A stretch of 64,000 bases of DNA from Candidatus Saccharimonadales bacterium (GTDB lineage Bacteria; Patescibacteriota; Saccharimonadia; Saccharimonadales; OMJO01): positions 9,721-73,720 of the forward strand of contig DATIID010000008.1 in assembly GCA_035480035.1 (NCBI GenBank), given 5' to 3'. The notes beneath the pieces were generated by a model. That model worked only from the letters and a program-made list of their open reading frames with translations. It did not search any database and had not been told where the DNA came from. Positions 9,140 to 18,103 of this stretch are shown one piece after another. Every line of letters starts with the position of its first letter. Position 1 is the stretch's first letter. A program made the position numbers and the translations under genes.

Positions 9140-9302
9140 AATGTTTCCTTTCTGGAGCATGCGCTACAGGGTGCAAATATAAGACTTTCGCTTGTGCTTC
9201 TATGACAAGTCATATATCTGGTCTCTGCAGCTCATACCCTATCTAAGCTTTAATGTGCACAAGCTTGGCGTCTCTATTCAAGAGAAGCGTGGTCTGTACA
9301 AA

Positions 9303-9569
9303 TTATTTCCGAAGTCCAAGTTTTTTGACGAGTTTCAAATAAGCTGTGCTATCTTCTTCGGCTAAGTATTTAAGCAGTTTTTTGCGCTTACCAACCATCT
9401 GAACCAAACCCCGTCGAGCCATGAAGTCATGCTTGTTGGTCTTCATATGAGCCGTAACTTCAGCAATACGTTTGGTCAAAATACCAACCTGCACCTGAGG
9501 CGAACCGGTGTCTTCCTTCTTGGTTGCCAAATCGGCAATAACTGCCTTTTTATTCTCACTCGTTATCAT
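9303..9569 (-). CDS. rpsO: 30S ribosomal protein S15
   Basis: Full-length S15 (GSPQVQVGILTKRI...HDFMARRGLVQMVGKRKKLLKYL). Conserved rpsO-pnp pair. Confidence 0.97.
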   Translation of the reverse strand: MITSENKKAVIADLATKKEDTGSPQVQVGILTKRIAEVTAHMKTNKHDFMARRGLVQMVGKRKKLLKYLAEEDSTAYLKLVKKLGLRK

Positions 9570-9613
9570 ACTTCAGCTACATTCTAGCATACTTCTATCT
9601 GTTAATCAAGTGT

Positions 9614-10318
9614 TTATTGGACTGGTTGCTCTGGGCTTTGAGTTGAGTTGACACTTCCCAAAAGTTCGCTGAAAGCATTTAACTTATCAGTTACCGCTCG
9701 GGTATCCTTAAAACCATAGCCAATATCCGTACCATTAACCCTTACGTCACGCAAAGTAAGATAGTTAAAGCCTGGCGAAGGATCATACCTGTATTTAATC
9801 GCTAGCTTTTCATGCCCTATAAAACTATCGTGCTTAATAAATGCATCGGCGACATACATAGCTGTCAACGGACCAGGTATAGGTGGAGGATCATCATGAT
9901 GATTACGATGTCCATGGTGTTTATTTCGCTGGTCGTACCTGAATCGATAAATTTGAAGTTTAGGCTGATCGTCAGTCGTCACCTCTGGCAATTGTGGCAC
10001 TTCAAGTGGCGTAACTAACTTCTCAACTACTACTCTAGAATCATTAAATTCAGCTCGGCCCATGAGATAAGGGCTAAGACTGGAAAAATTATAATGTTTG
10101 GTATGCTCATCAGTTTCTGAAAGATTAGGAAGTTTAACGAATTCCGTACTTACATTGCCAACCTGCATTTGATCAAATAGAATTCGGCCCATTTGACTTT
10201 GCACGCCAATGGCTTTTCGTCTCAAGCCTTCTGACTCTTCTCTTAGGCGTTCCGACTCAGCGACTTGGGTTTTAAATTCATCAACTGATTCTTGGAGGTT
10301 TTGAGCAATTCTTTCCAT
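9614..10318 (-). CDS. hypothetical protein with a His-rich patch (234 aa)
   Basis: AAAGGAG Shine-Dalgarno. N-terminal coiled-coil-like segment and an NKHHGHRNHHDDPPP patch. No recognised family. Confidence 0.6.
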   Translation of the reverse strand: MERIAQNLQESVDEFKTQVAESERLREESEGLRRKAIGVQSQMGRILFDQMQVGNVSTEFVKLPNLSETDEHTKHYNFSSLSPYLMGRAEFNDSRVVVEKLVTPLEVPQLPEVTTDDQPKLQIYRFRYDQRNKHHGHRNHHDDPPPIPGPLTAMYVADAFIKHDSFIGHEKLAIKYRYDPSPGFNYLTLRDVRVNGTDIGYGFKDTRAVTDKLNAFSELLGSVNSTQSPEQPVQ

Positions 10319-10364
10319 AAGTCTCCTTTATCTAAACTAATCTAAATCCTCAAACTCTTTTAAG

Positions 10365-11048
10365 TCAAGCAGTAGCAATTAGGTTATTTGAGATTTTTTC
10401 GGCAGAAATATTTTCAACTTCAACAGCGTTTTTTATTGTGAAATCTCCGACTTGGGTGCGGCGGAGGTCACTCATATAGGCACCCGCGCCGAGTTTTTGA
10501 CCGATATCTTCTACCAGACTACGAATATATGTGCCGCTGGAAACTTTAGTAGTAAACTTCACGATTGGATATTTATAATCGGTAATTTTTAAGGAGTAAA
10601 TTGTGACTTGGCGAGGTTCTAATTTAACTTCTTTACCCTGCCTTGCCAGTTTGTAGGCCCGTTGGCCATTAACTTTTATAGCTGAGTAGACCGGTGGAGT
10701 TTGCTCGATTTGTCCGATAAATTGTTCAACCATCTTTTGAACTTCAGCTGGAGTTGGCTGATGAGTACTTATTTGAGTCTTCTCGCCTTCATCATCGCCC
10801 GTAGTGCTGGTTTCACCCAACTTCATAGTGACTTCATAGACTTTATCGAGCTTTGATAATTCAGTGGCCTTTTTGGTGTAACTGCCGACTAAAATCACTA
10901 ATAAACCGGTCGCTAACGGGTCTAGTGTGCCAGTGTGGCCAACTTTTACCTTTGTGCCAGTTAACTGACGAATAATTGACCGAGTCTTGGCCACCACATC
11001 AAAACTCGTCCACCCTTTCGCCTTATCAACCAACAAAACACCGTTCAT
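10365..11048 (-). CDS. truB: tRNA pseudouridine(55) synthase
   Basis: GHTGTLDPLATGLLVILVG catalytic motif and TruB length. Confidence 0.95.
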   Translation of the reverse strand: MNGVLLVDKAKGWTSFDVVAKTRSIIRQLTGTKVKVGHTGTLDPLATGLLVILVGSYTKKATELSKLDKVYEVTMKLGETSTTGDDEGEKTQISTHQPTPAEVQKMVEQFIGQIEQTPPVYSAIKVNGQRAYKLARQGKEVKLEPRQVTIYSLKITDYKYPIVKFTTKVSSGTYIRSLVEDIGQKLGAGAYMSDLRRTQVGDFTIKNAVEVENISAEKISNNLIATA

Positions 11049-11075
11049 AGACTACTAATTATAGAGGAAAATTTA

Positions 11076-12929
11076 CTAAAGGATTGGTGGGGCGAAGGGT
11101 TTAAGATCGCCAGGGTCAGGATTGGTTGCGCTATTGGCACTTGGCGGCATCATTGGCGGCGGAACAGGTGGCGGTGCACCAGGCGGTCCAATAGGACTAT
11201 TTGGAGTCGGTGGCTCATCGGATTGATCAATTGGTTTTTCTGGTTCTTCTGGCGCGTTAAATTGCGGCACACCCGAGCTATCGACAGTCATGCTTGGCAG
11301 TTCCGGCTCAGCCGGCTTCTCTTCGGTAGTTATTGCTTCTCCATCATGGCCAAGATCGAGATTTAACGGATTGGCATTGAGAGCGTCAATCGGCGGCAAT
11401 GGTGGTTGATTGGCGGCATCGGGCATAATCGTTTGACCGGCTGGCGGAATAAACGGTGCTGTTGGCACATTTTGCTGTGGCGCTTGAGGCGGTGCTACAT
11501 TAGTCGGCGCCGGATAATCAGTCGGTTTAATTGAACTATTGGCCACATAGACAAATGGCGTTGGAATTACTGGTGAGACGGCGTCGGAATTTGTTTTGGC
11601 CGGTTTTGACTGCTGATGCGGACTTTTAACAAATTGTTCCAGCTCAGCAAGGGTTGGCGGAACGGCATCAGGGTCGATTGCCGGTGTACCCCCAGGTGCT
11701 ACGGGTATCGTTGAGCCATCAGGCGCTTGAGTGGTAAACATATTGGCCGTCGTCATATCGGCTCCGGGCTGATTGTGACTAAGCATTGGCAATCGTGATT
11801 GTGCCATGCCGGCCGTAGCTTCGCTAGGTTGACTTAAGTTATCAGGTGCTGGATTAGTGGTCGCTTGAATCTGATCTTGCCACGGTAATGGCCGAACTAG
11901 ATAAGGATTGGCAGTTGGACGTGGTTGAACTTGCGGTATGGCACCACGTGGTGGTGCCATTGGTAGTGGCGCTGGTCCGCGTGGCAATGGTTCGGCCAAG
12001 GGTTGTGGTGCTAGTGCTGGCATGCCTTGAATCGGCGTTGATGTGACGTTATTGCCGTGGTCAATTTTACCGTTGTTATCAGGTAGTTTCTGGTCATGGT
12101 CAATTTTGACTGAGTTGCCTTCCTCGCCAGATACAGCAATCGATGGCTTGCCGGCTACGACACCCTGGTTATTGTGTAATGAAACAGGTTCAAGTTTGTC
12201 GGCCACTAACTGCTGATTAGCACCGGCCGACATTAATTTACCGCTGATATTCATGGTCGCTGCGCCGGTCTTGGAGTTTCGGAAACGGTCGGTTTCGGCG
12301 ACAATTCCAGTCAAAAAGGCGGTAGCCATTTGAGCATCCAGAAGATCGGGCTTGTTCGATATCAAACCAGAGATAAATACCACTGTTTCACACAGACTAC
12401 TGGACTGCGCATCAACCAAATTCATAGTGCCGACATCGCTGCCGGTATCGAGGTTAATTGAAATAATCGTAGCGTCATGCAAAATTCGGCCGTGAGCGGT
12501 AATCGCTTGATCAAGCTCTTCTCGCCGTTTGACGCCAAGCGCTACCACAGCATCAACATTGAAATCGCCTTGACTGAACTGCAAATCCTTTTGGTCAATC
12601 GATGTTCGATAAGGGGTAATAAATATTTTGACTAGTTTATCTTCAACTTTATAACGCAATTTATCGGCTTTGGATTTATCTAGCGCAATAATGAAATCGC
12701 GCAGACTGTCGGTGGTTCGCTCCAGGGTTTTTTCGGGTTCTAGAAATTCAAGAATTGATGGCACTGCCCCGCTGAAAACAGCGGTCGAGTGTTTGCCGAG
12801 CTTATTCAAAAGCAAAGTTAAACCAATCGCCGCTGACAGTTGGTCAACCGACGGGTCGTTACTGACCGTCACGAGGACGTTGTTAGCCTTTTTGAGACTA
12901 TCTGCAATCTGTGTTTTTAGATTGTCCAT
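11076..12929 (-). CDS. DHH-family (NrnA-like) protein with degenerate catalytic motifs and a roughly 370-aa Pro-rich C-terminal region
   Basis: The N-terminal 250 aa or so follow the NrnA/DHH-DHHA1 layout (GLTLLLNKLGK, FIIALD, GIVAETDRFRN). DHH motif I reads SNDPSVDQLSA and motif III reads INLD instead of DHH. The remainder is Pro/Ala/Gln-rich low complexity. Confidence 0.6.
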   Translation of the reverse strand: MDNLKTQIADSLKKANNVLVTVSNDPSVDQLSAAIGLTLLLNKLGKHSTAVFSGAVPSILEFLEPEKTLERTTDSLRDFIIALDKSKADKLRYKVEDKLVKIFITPYRTSIDQKDLQFSQGDFNVDAVVALGVKRREELDQAITAHGRILHDATIISINLDTGSDVGTMNLVDAQSSSLCETVVFISGLISNKPDLLDAQMATAFLTGIVAETDRFRNSKTGAATMNISGKLMSAGANQQLVADKLEPVSLHNNQGVVAGKPSIAVSGEEGNSVKIDHDQKLPDNNGKIDHGNNVTSTPIQGMPALAPQPLAEPLPRGPAPLPMAPPRGAIPQVQPRPTANPYLVRPLPWQDQIQATTNPAPDNLSQPSEATAGMAQSRLPMLSHNQPGADMTTANMFTTQAPDGSTIPVAPGGTPAIDPDAVPPTLAELEQFVKSPHQQSKPAKTNSDAVSPVIPTPFVYVANSSIKPTDYPAPTNVAPPQAPQQNVPTAPFIPPAGQTIMPDAANQPPLPPIDALNANPLNLDLGHDGEAITTEEKPAEPELPSMTVDSSGVPQFNAPEEPEKPIDQSDEPPTPNSPIGPPGAPPPVPPPMMPPSANSATNPDPGDLKPFAPPIL

Positions 12930-13006
12930 TTTTGTTTTTAATCCTCAGGGGTGAGTTTAGCATAAAAAACATAAGCTTGTCTACTGTTGTCAACTATTTT
13001 TGCAAG

Positions 13007-13027
13007 TGGTCAAATTTTGATTGACCA
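13007..13027. promoter_or_regulatory. 7-bp perfect inverted repeat TGGTCAA-N7-TTGACCA in the divergent intergenic region
   Basis: Read directly from the sequence between the DHH-like gene (minus strand) and rpsT (plus strand). Function unknown. Confidence 0.3.
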
Positions 13028-13105
13028 TTAACTCTTTGCATTATCTGTAATTTTAGGGTATATTTAGTCCCAGCATTTTTTAGTAAATTTAACTAGAGGA
13101 ACTAA

Positions 13106-13459
13106 ATGCCGATAATCAAGTCAGCTAAGAAGCGTGTGCGAGTGTCTCGAAAAGCCACCGTGCGAAACGTCAAAACGAAGCGATCGATCAAGACCGCTTT
13201 GAAGGCTTTTCAAGCTAAATCAACTGATGACAACCGCCGCCAAGTCCAAAGTGCCCTAGATAAGGCTGGCAAGAAAAACGTTATGCACAAGAATAAGGTT
13301 GCTCGTAAACAACGCCAGTTAGCGGCTCAAGCCAAAGCCGCCGGTGTTAAAATCGGTAAAGTAGCTAAAAAACCAGTCTCCGCCAAGCCTAAACCATCTG
13401 TCAAGAAGACTACAATCAAAAAACCTGCCACCAAAAAAGCTCCAGCTAAGAAAAAATAA
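13106..13459 (+). CDS. rpsT: 30S ribosomal protein S20 with a Lys/Ala-rich C-terminal extension
   Basis: MPIIKSAKKRVRVSRKATVRN is the S20 N-terminus. GAGGA Shine-Dalgarno. KKPATKKAPAKKK tail. Confidence 0.9.
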   Translation: MPIIKSAKKRVRVSRKATVRNVKTKRSIKTALKAFQAKSTDDNRRQVQSALDKAGKKNVMHKNKVARKQRQLAAQAKAAGVKIGKVAKKPVSAKPKPSVKKTTIKKPATKKAPAKKK

Positions 13460-13462
13460 TAA

Positions 13463-14392
13463 TCATTTTGCAGGATTAGTTAAGTTAAATAATAAGTTTT
13501 TTAACGCTTCGTCGGGGTCGATGGCAGTGGTTTTGAGCTTCTCATCCAGTTCAGTAACTTCAGTGATTAACTTCTTGAGCTCGACATAACTCAGTTTTTT
13601 AGCAATTGTTTGGTTTTTTTGAACGACATACGGATTAATCTTGGCTTGGCTAGCAATTTCGGCAACTGAGCGCTGACCGGCTGTTTTAACCACCGCCAAT
13701 ATATGTAACTGCCAAGCCAGCATACCCATGATATTTAATGGCTCGACTTTGAGCCTTCTCTGTTCATCATAGAGTTTAAGTGCTCGCTTGGGGTTGCCGG
13801 CAAAAGCCGCGTCAATCAGTTGGAAAATTGTGCTTTGTGGAGTTTCTTCAGTTAAAAGATCGATGGTTTGACGAGTAATTTTAGGATTATATTCCAGTAG
13901 CTTTTGCAATTCATTGAATAGCATTTGCTGATTCAAACCAACTCGCTCTACCAGATAATAAGCGTCGTTTGGTGACAGCTGACCGTCACGCTTTTGTGCT
14001 TCTTTGGAAAGCCAATTAGCTAGCTGTCGGGCATCGAGTTCATTACATTCGATAAACTCGGTCTTGGACTTCAAAAATTTATAATAACTGAGGCGCTTGT
14101 CTAATTTAGGCTCCACAATAATCAAATCTGTTGAGTCAGCTTGCCGGTCAAAAGCCTGTTTAAATTTTTCGGTAAAGTCTTTGTTGGCACCCGGACTTCT
14201 TAAAACCACTAGCTTTTTTGAAGCTAGAAACGGCAAACTCTCTATACTGTTTTGAATCCGGTCAAAGCTTATCTCTTCCCCGTCCAGCCGCTCAAGCGCT
14301 AAATCGCCATGTTCATCGACAAATTTTTTAACTAGCTGTTTGAGCCTGTGTTGAATTTCGAAGCTATTTGGTCCGGTCAGTGTGGTAATCAT
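13463..14392 (-). CDS. holA: DNA polymerase III subunit delta
   Basis: Delta-subunit pattern (LTGPNSF...ERLDGEE...LPFLASKKLVVLR...QLIDA). Confidence 0.85.
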   Translation of the reverse strand: MITTLTGPNSFEIQHRLKQLVKKFVDEHGDLALERLDGEEISFDRIQNSIESLPFLASKKLVVLRSPGANKDFTEKFKQAFDRQADSTDLIIVEPKLDKRLSYYKFLKSKTEFIECNELDARQLANWLSKEAQKRDGQLSPNDAYYLVERVGLNQQMLFNELQKLLEYNPKITRQTIDLLTEETPQSTIFQLIDAAFAGNPKRALKLYDEQRRLKVEPLNIMGMLAWQLHILAVVKTAGQRSVAEIASQAKINPYVVQKNQTIAKKLSYVELKKLITEVTELDEKLKTTAIDPDEALKNLLFNLTNPAK

Positions 14393-15273
14393 GACTTAAC
14401 CTTCTGGCATTTGGGACATAGGTGGGTGCCGCGTCCAGCGACTCGGATTTTGATGATGGTTGTGTCGCAGCGTGGACAGCCTAAACCATTGCGTCGGAAG
14501 ACTTTGGCAAAGCTTAAATAGCTGCCACGTTTACCATCAGCGTCAACATAATTGCGATCCGTTGAGCCGCCTTTTTCGATTGCTAATTTCAGTACATAGC
14601 GAAGTTGTTCAAATAATGTGTTCAACTTGCGTGGACCGATGTTTTTAACTAAGGTTTTAGGATGAATTTTAGCTCCCCAGAGGCTTTCATCGGCATAAAT
14701 ATTGCCGACTCCGGCAATCACCGATTGGTCCAAAAGTGCGGCTTTAACAACCGAATTTGGTCGCCTTTTCAGCCGCTCGGCAAAGTCTTTAGCCGTGAAA
14801 TCATCGGCTAAAGGTTCAGGTCCGATTTTTTTGAAAAAATCGATATTTGGTACTTCAGCCGTAGGAAGCAACCGCACCCAACCAAACTTCCGTTGGTCGT
14901 TAAAAAACAATTTGGCGCTGTCCTGCCGTTTTGCCAAGCTCAAAATTACATGTGTGGTTTTGTCTGGCAAGTCGCCGACCAATGAATTGTTCGGATGACC
15001 GGCTCCCCAGCGGTCTTTTTCACTGCGATAAACTAGCTGTCCCGTCATTTTAAGGTGGATTACTAGTGAATATTTACTGCTTAGCTCTATTAACAGAACT
15101 TTAGCACGACGTTTAACTAAGACGATTTTGGCACCAATCAGAAACTGCTCAACAGCCTCATTAGAATTAGGAAAACTTTTGGGCCAATCAAACCAGACAT
15201 CGGTAATTTTTTGACCGATAATCCTATTCTCCAGCCCACGACGAACTGTCTCAACCTCAGGCAACTCTGGCAT
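14389..15273 (-). CDS. mutM: formamidopyrimidine-DNA glycosylase
   Basis: MPELPEVETVRRGL N-terminus, H2TH, and the C-terminal zinc finger CPRC...CPKC. Confidence 0.95.
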   Translation of the reverse strand: MPELPEVETVRRGLENRIIGQKITDVWFDWPKSFPNSNEAVEQFLIGAKIVLVKRRAKVLLIELSSKYSLVIHLKMTGQLVYRSEKDRWGAGHPNNSLVGDLPDKTTHVILSLAKRQDSAKLFFNDQRKFGWVRLLPTAEVPNIDFFKKIGPEPLADDFTAKDFAERLKRRPNSVVKAALLDQSVIAGVGNIYADESLWGAKIHPKTLVKNIGPRKLNTLFEQLRYVLKLAIEKGGSTDRNYVDADGKRGSYLSFAKVFRRNGLGCPRCDTTIIKIRVAGRGTHLCPKCQKVKS

Positions 15274-15370
15274 AACTCTATTTTACAGTAGTGATCGTAT
15301 GTAAAATTACCTACAAACTCAGCAACTTGATATACTATTAACATTAGTTCGATACAATAAACGTTAAGAT

Positions 15371-15712
15371 ATGGCTACATCCAAAAATAAGACTAAGGTC
15401 AATGCCAGCAAAATTAAGCTTTACGGCCCGATCCCACGCACCCTTGGCACTCTGTTAACAGTATTGGTTGTCACTTCAATGTTTGGCTTAGTTGGCTATC
15501 GACAATTGCAGTCATCACATGCCCAAACGCTTCCAGGCTATTCAAACCAAGGTTCAACTCAACCAGTAACTTATCACTATACAGCCACTGCTGATCAGAC
15601 ACCGACGGCAAAATCTAGTTATCCGTCTAATTTCCAAACCCGCCTAATCTTTTTCAGCGCCTTAATTGTCGGTACAATCATTTTGATTTTTCTACTGCGA
15701 CTATGGGGTTAA
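15371..15712 (+). CDS. hypothetical protein with N- and C-terminal TM helices (113 aa)
   Basis: ORF with two hydrophobic segments. No recognised family. Confidence 0.55.
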   Translation: MATSKNKTKVNASKIKLYGPIPRTLGTLLTVLVVTSMFGLVGYRQLQSSHAQTLPGYSNQGSTQPVTYHYTATADQTPTAKSSYPSNFQTRLIFFSALIVGTIILIFLLRLWG

Positions 15713-15739
15713 CCCGTCCAAATCTTTTATAATACTAAT

Positions 15740-15979
15740 ATGGAAAGTTTAGGCGGTCTGCTTGGCCAGCAAAAATTTGTTGAGCCACCCGAAATAGCGG
15801 CAATTAAAGATTACGTGCAGACCAAGTATAAGTCGCCTGTTAGTATTAAAATCGGCGATAAACAGATTACCATTATCACAAGTAGTGCGGCGCTAGCCGG
15901 CACATTACGCTTAGAACTCCACACTCTTCAAGAACAGCTAAAAACAGAGAAAAAATTAATTATTAGGATTGGCAGTTAA
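15740..15979 (+). CDS. small conserved protein, possibly DUF721-like (79 aa)
   Basis: The C-terminal pattern ITIITSSAALAGTLRLELHTLQEQL resembles DUF721. TATAAT at 15728..15733 lies 6 nt upstream of the ATG. Confidence 0.45.
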   Translation: MESLGGLLGQQKFVEPPEIAAIKDYVQTKYKSPVSIKIGDKQITIITSSAALAGTLRLELHTLQEQLKTEKKLIIRIGS

Positions 15980-16180
15980 GTCGGTCACATCTATAGTTAC
16001 ATGATGACTAGCTTGCTCTGCGCCAAGTAAAGCCACTTCCCCCAACGGTCGAACTATGGTGTGTGGATCGTGCTTAAACTCTTCCAGATCGACTGTAGCG
16101 TCGACAATCATTGGGAAAGCCAATGGATCTTCAAGTTCATGACTGTCTGAAATCTGTTCAAATCTAAAGGTTGTTGACAT
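15956..16180 (-). CDS. hypothetical acidic protein (74 aa)
   Basis: AAGGAAA Shine-Dalgarno. Its 3' end overlaps the convergent gene. No recognised family. Confidence 0.4.
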   Translation of the reverse strand: MSTTFRFEQISDSHELEDPLAFPMIVDATVDLEEFKHDPHTIVRPLGEVALLGAEQASHHVTIDVTDLTANPNN

Positions 16181-16242
16181 GTTTGTTTTCCTTGCTTAAG
16201 GGTTAACTACATTTTTAGTCTAGGCCTACTACCGAAACTTTG

Positions 16243-16644
16243 TCAACCCATAAGCGGTTCTAACTCATTTTTCATCTGCTCAAAGTCATGATAAACAATC
16301 ACCTGCATACCGACTGCTCGAGCACCATCAGCCAAAGACTTCATATCGTCAATGAAGACACATTCCGACGGTTCTACCCCTAACTTCTGGCAAACGATTT
16401 GGTAAGCTTCAGGATCAGGTTTAGTGTAGCCGATTTCACTACTAGCCGCGGCAAAGTCAAAATACTCATCCTTCGGATGAGATTTATTAAAAATTTTAGC
16501 TAAGAAATCACGATCTATATTTGATAACATCGCTGTCTTAAATTTTGGCCGCAGTTTTTTTATATAATCGAGTAATGATTCATCAATGGCGCCATCAACA
16601 TAAATCACGCCAAAACAATCGAAAATAACCGCTTTTATCACCAC
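16243..16644 (-). CDS. HAD-superfamily hydrolase, compact (133 aa), minimal cap
   Basis: Motif I is VIFDCFGVIY, with MLSN, KPDPEAY and FIDDM following. GTG start. Confidence 0.75.
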   Translation of the reverse strand: MVIKAVIFDCFGVIYVDGAIDESLLDYIKKLRPKFKTAMLSNIDRDFLAKIFNKSHPKDEYFDFAAASSEIGYTKPDPEAYQIVCQKLGVEPSECVFIDDMKSLADGARAVGMQVIVYHDFEQMKNELEPLMG

Positions 16645-16658
16645 CTCAGTCTAACAAA

Positions 16659-17240
16659 TTATTGATCAAACACGCCGCCAGTAAAGTCAGCGTAATCAGT
16701 CAATTGCATTTGCATTAGTTCACGTACGGCTGGACCACTACCAGCAAATGGACCAATCGCAGCATCACAACTGGTACTCCAGGTATCACTAACCAGCTGG
16801 CCAGTGTCATCATAAAGCTGGTAAATATAGATATTACCACCAGCACAAACACCACGGTAATCAGTAATCGCGCTTGGGCGCTTTAAAGTGAAGCCAGTGC
16901 CATTAAGCGCACGAATGAAGTAAGTAAAGGCTGTTTGGTTATTTTTATAGTGTTTCTCTTTCTCAACAGTCTGGTTATAGCCATCTAGAACTGACATGCT
17001 ACGATCATCGGCACTTATCGTCATATTAATAGCCCGACGCTTCTCGTCACCGACAATCGGGCCAAGAGTAGTCACTGAAACGCTAGCATCTTTGTCCTGA
17101 TAATCTAACAGACTAATAACCTTATTCTTGGCAGTAGTCTTTTTAGTAGATTTACCACCAGGATGCGACACAATTACAGCAACGGCCACACATGCTAAGA
17201 CAACAATACCTAGGGCAACTCCAAAATACTTCGAATTCAT
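16659..17240 (-). CDS. membrane-anchored hypothetical protein (ORF track starts at 17249)
   Basis: N-terminal TM helix followed by an extracytoplasmic domain with Cys residues. The TATAAT box abuts the first ATG, so the ATG at 17240 (MNSKYFG) is the more plausible start. Confidence 0.6.
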   Translation of the reverse strand: MNSKYFGVALGIVVLACVAVAVIVSHPGGKSTKKTTAKNKVISLLDYQDKDASVSVTTLGPIVGDEKRRAINMTISADDRSMSVLDGYNQTVEKEKHYKNNQTAFTYFIRALNGTGFTLKRPSAITDYRGVCAGGNIYIYQLYDDTGQLVSDTWSTSCDAAIGPFAGSGPAVRELMQMQLTDYADFTGGVFDQ

Positions 17241-17249
17241 AACCAGCAT

Positions 17250-17278
17250 ATTATAGCATTATGTTAATGCTTTTGCAA
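17250..17278 (-). promoter_or_regulatory. TTGCAA-N17-TATAAT promoter, 9 nt upstream of the ATG at 17240
   Basis: On the minus strand, TTGCAA is at 17278..17273, the spacer is 17 nt, and TATAAT is at 17255..17250. Confidence 0.55.
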
Positions 17279-17294
17279 GTATAAAACCATCCTG

Positions 17295-18041
17295 CTAGCC
17301 CTGCCCGTCATCTGTTACGTTCCAATTATTATAACTAACACCTGGAATCGGTTCATTTGGGCGATTGTTAGCTCGAAAAGTTAGTGATATCCGATCATCA
17401 ATCACATTATCGACACGATGTTCTGGTCTTAAATCATGATACCAACTGCCGTGCAAAAAACCGCCTCTCAGAATTATCATGTCACCTGGCCCGACATACA
17501 GTTTTTTAGGTTCTTCGGTCTCATACATTCGGTGATAAATTTCAGCTTGACCGGATATGCTGGCTGACACGATTAAGCCTTGGTGTCTTTCATTATCTTT
17601 ATGCCAGGTCAGGCCGGTTTCACCCTGGTCATAACGCTGAGCCACGGCTTCATCAACTTCCCAATTTGCCAGCATCGGAAAAATACCATCTAGTGAATGA
17701 ACTAGCGATTTGGCCCTTCTAGCTAAACTAATAATGCCAATCTCGGCCTCACTATCAACATCAGTAAGTTGACTCATTTTAAGTGCGTAAGTACTGAAGT
17801 TTTGGGTGACTTCAATCCCACGCTGATTAACAAACTTTTGCCGTGCATCCAGCCATTCCACCGAGGGATTAGTTAGTCGACTATATAACTCTTGGCATTC
17901 GTCTTTAGAAATAGCGTTTGGGATGTATAAGACACCGCTGCCCTCTGGCTCTAGCTCGTCTCGAACCCTATCCAAAAACTGGGTTACTTCCAGCATAGAT
18001 TCGCCGGCCACCCGGTCTAAAAATTTACTTTCTCCAGCCAC
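17295..18041 (-). CDS. AlkB-like Fe(II)/2-oxoglutarate dioxygenase
   Basis: The HxD motif (WHKD), the distal His (PEHRV) and the RISLTFR motif match the AlkB signature (RINLTFR in E. coli). The start is uncertain: GTG at 18041 or ATG at 17996. Confidence 0.7.
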   Translation of the reverse strand: MAGESKFLDRVAGESMLEVTQFLDRVRDELEPEGSGVLYIPNAISKDECQELYSRLTNPSVEWLDARQKFVNQRGIEVTQNFSTYALKMSQLTDVDSEAEIGIISLARRAKSLVHSLDGIFPMLANWEVDEAVAQRYDQGETGLTWHKDNERHQGLIVSASISGQAEIYHRMYETEEPKKLYVGPGDMIILRGGFLHGSWYHDLRPEHRVDNVIDDRISLTFRANNRPNEPIPGVSYNNWNVTDDGQG

Positions 18042-18103
18042 ACCATCATTTTAATATTTTTGCCACTATGATACTAGAGGTAAATGTGTATTATAGTGAA
18101 ATC

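Noticed and set aside
7239-9182. Antisense or alternate-frame ORFs within pnp.
   Set aside because: They are embedded in the PNPase CDS and have no ribosome-binding sites or homology. The same reasoning applies to the shadow ORFs inside rnj, polA, the P-type ATPase, rpoD, dnaG, argS, groEL, murE, tsaD and valS.
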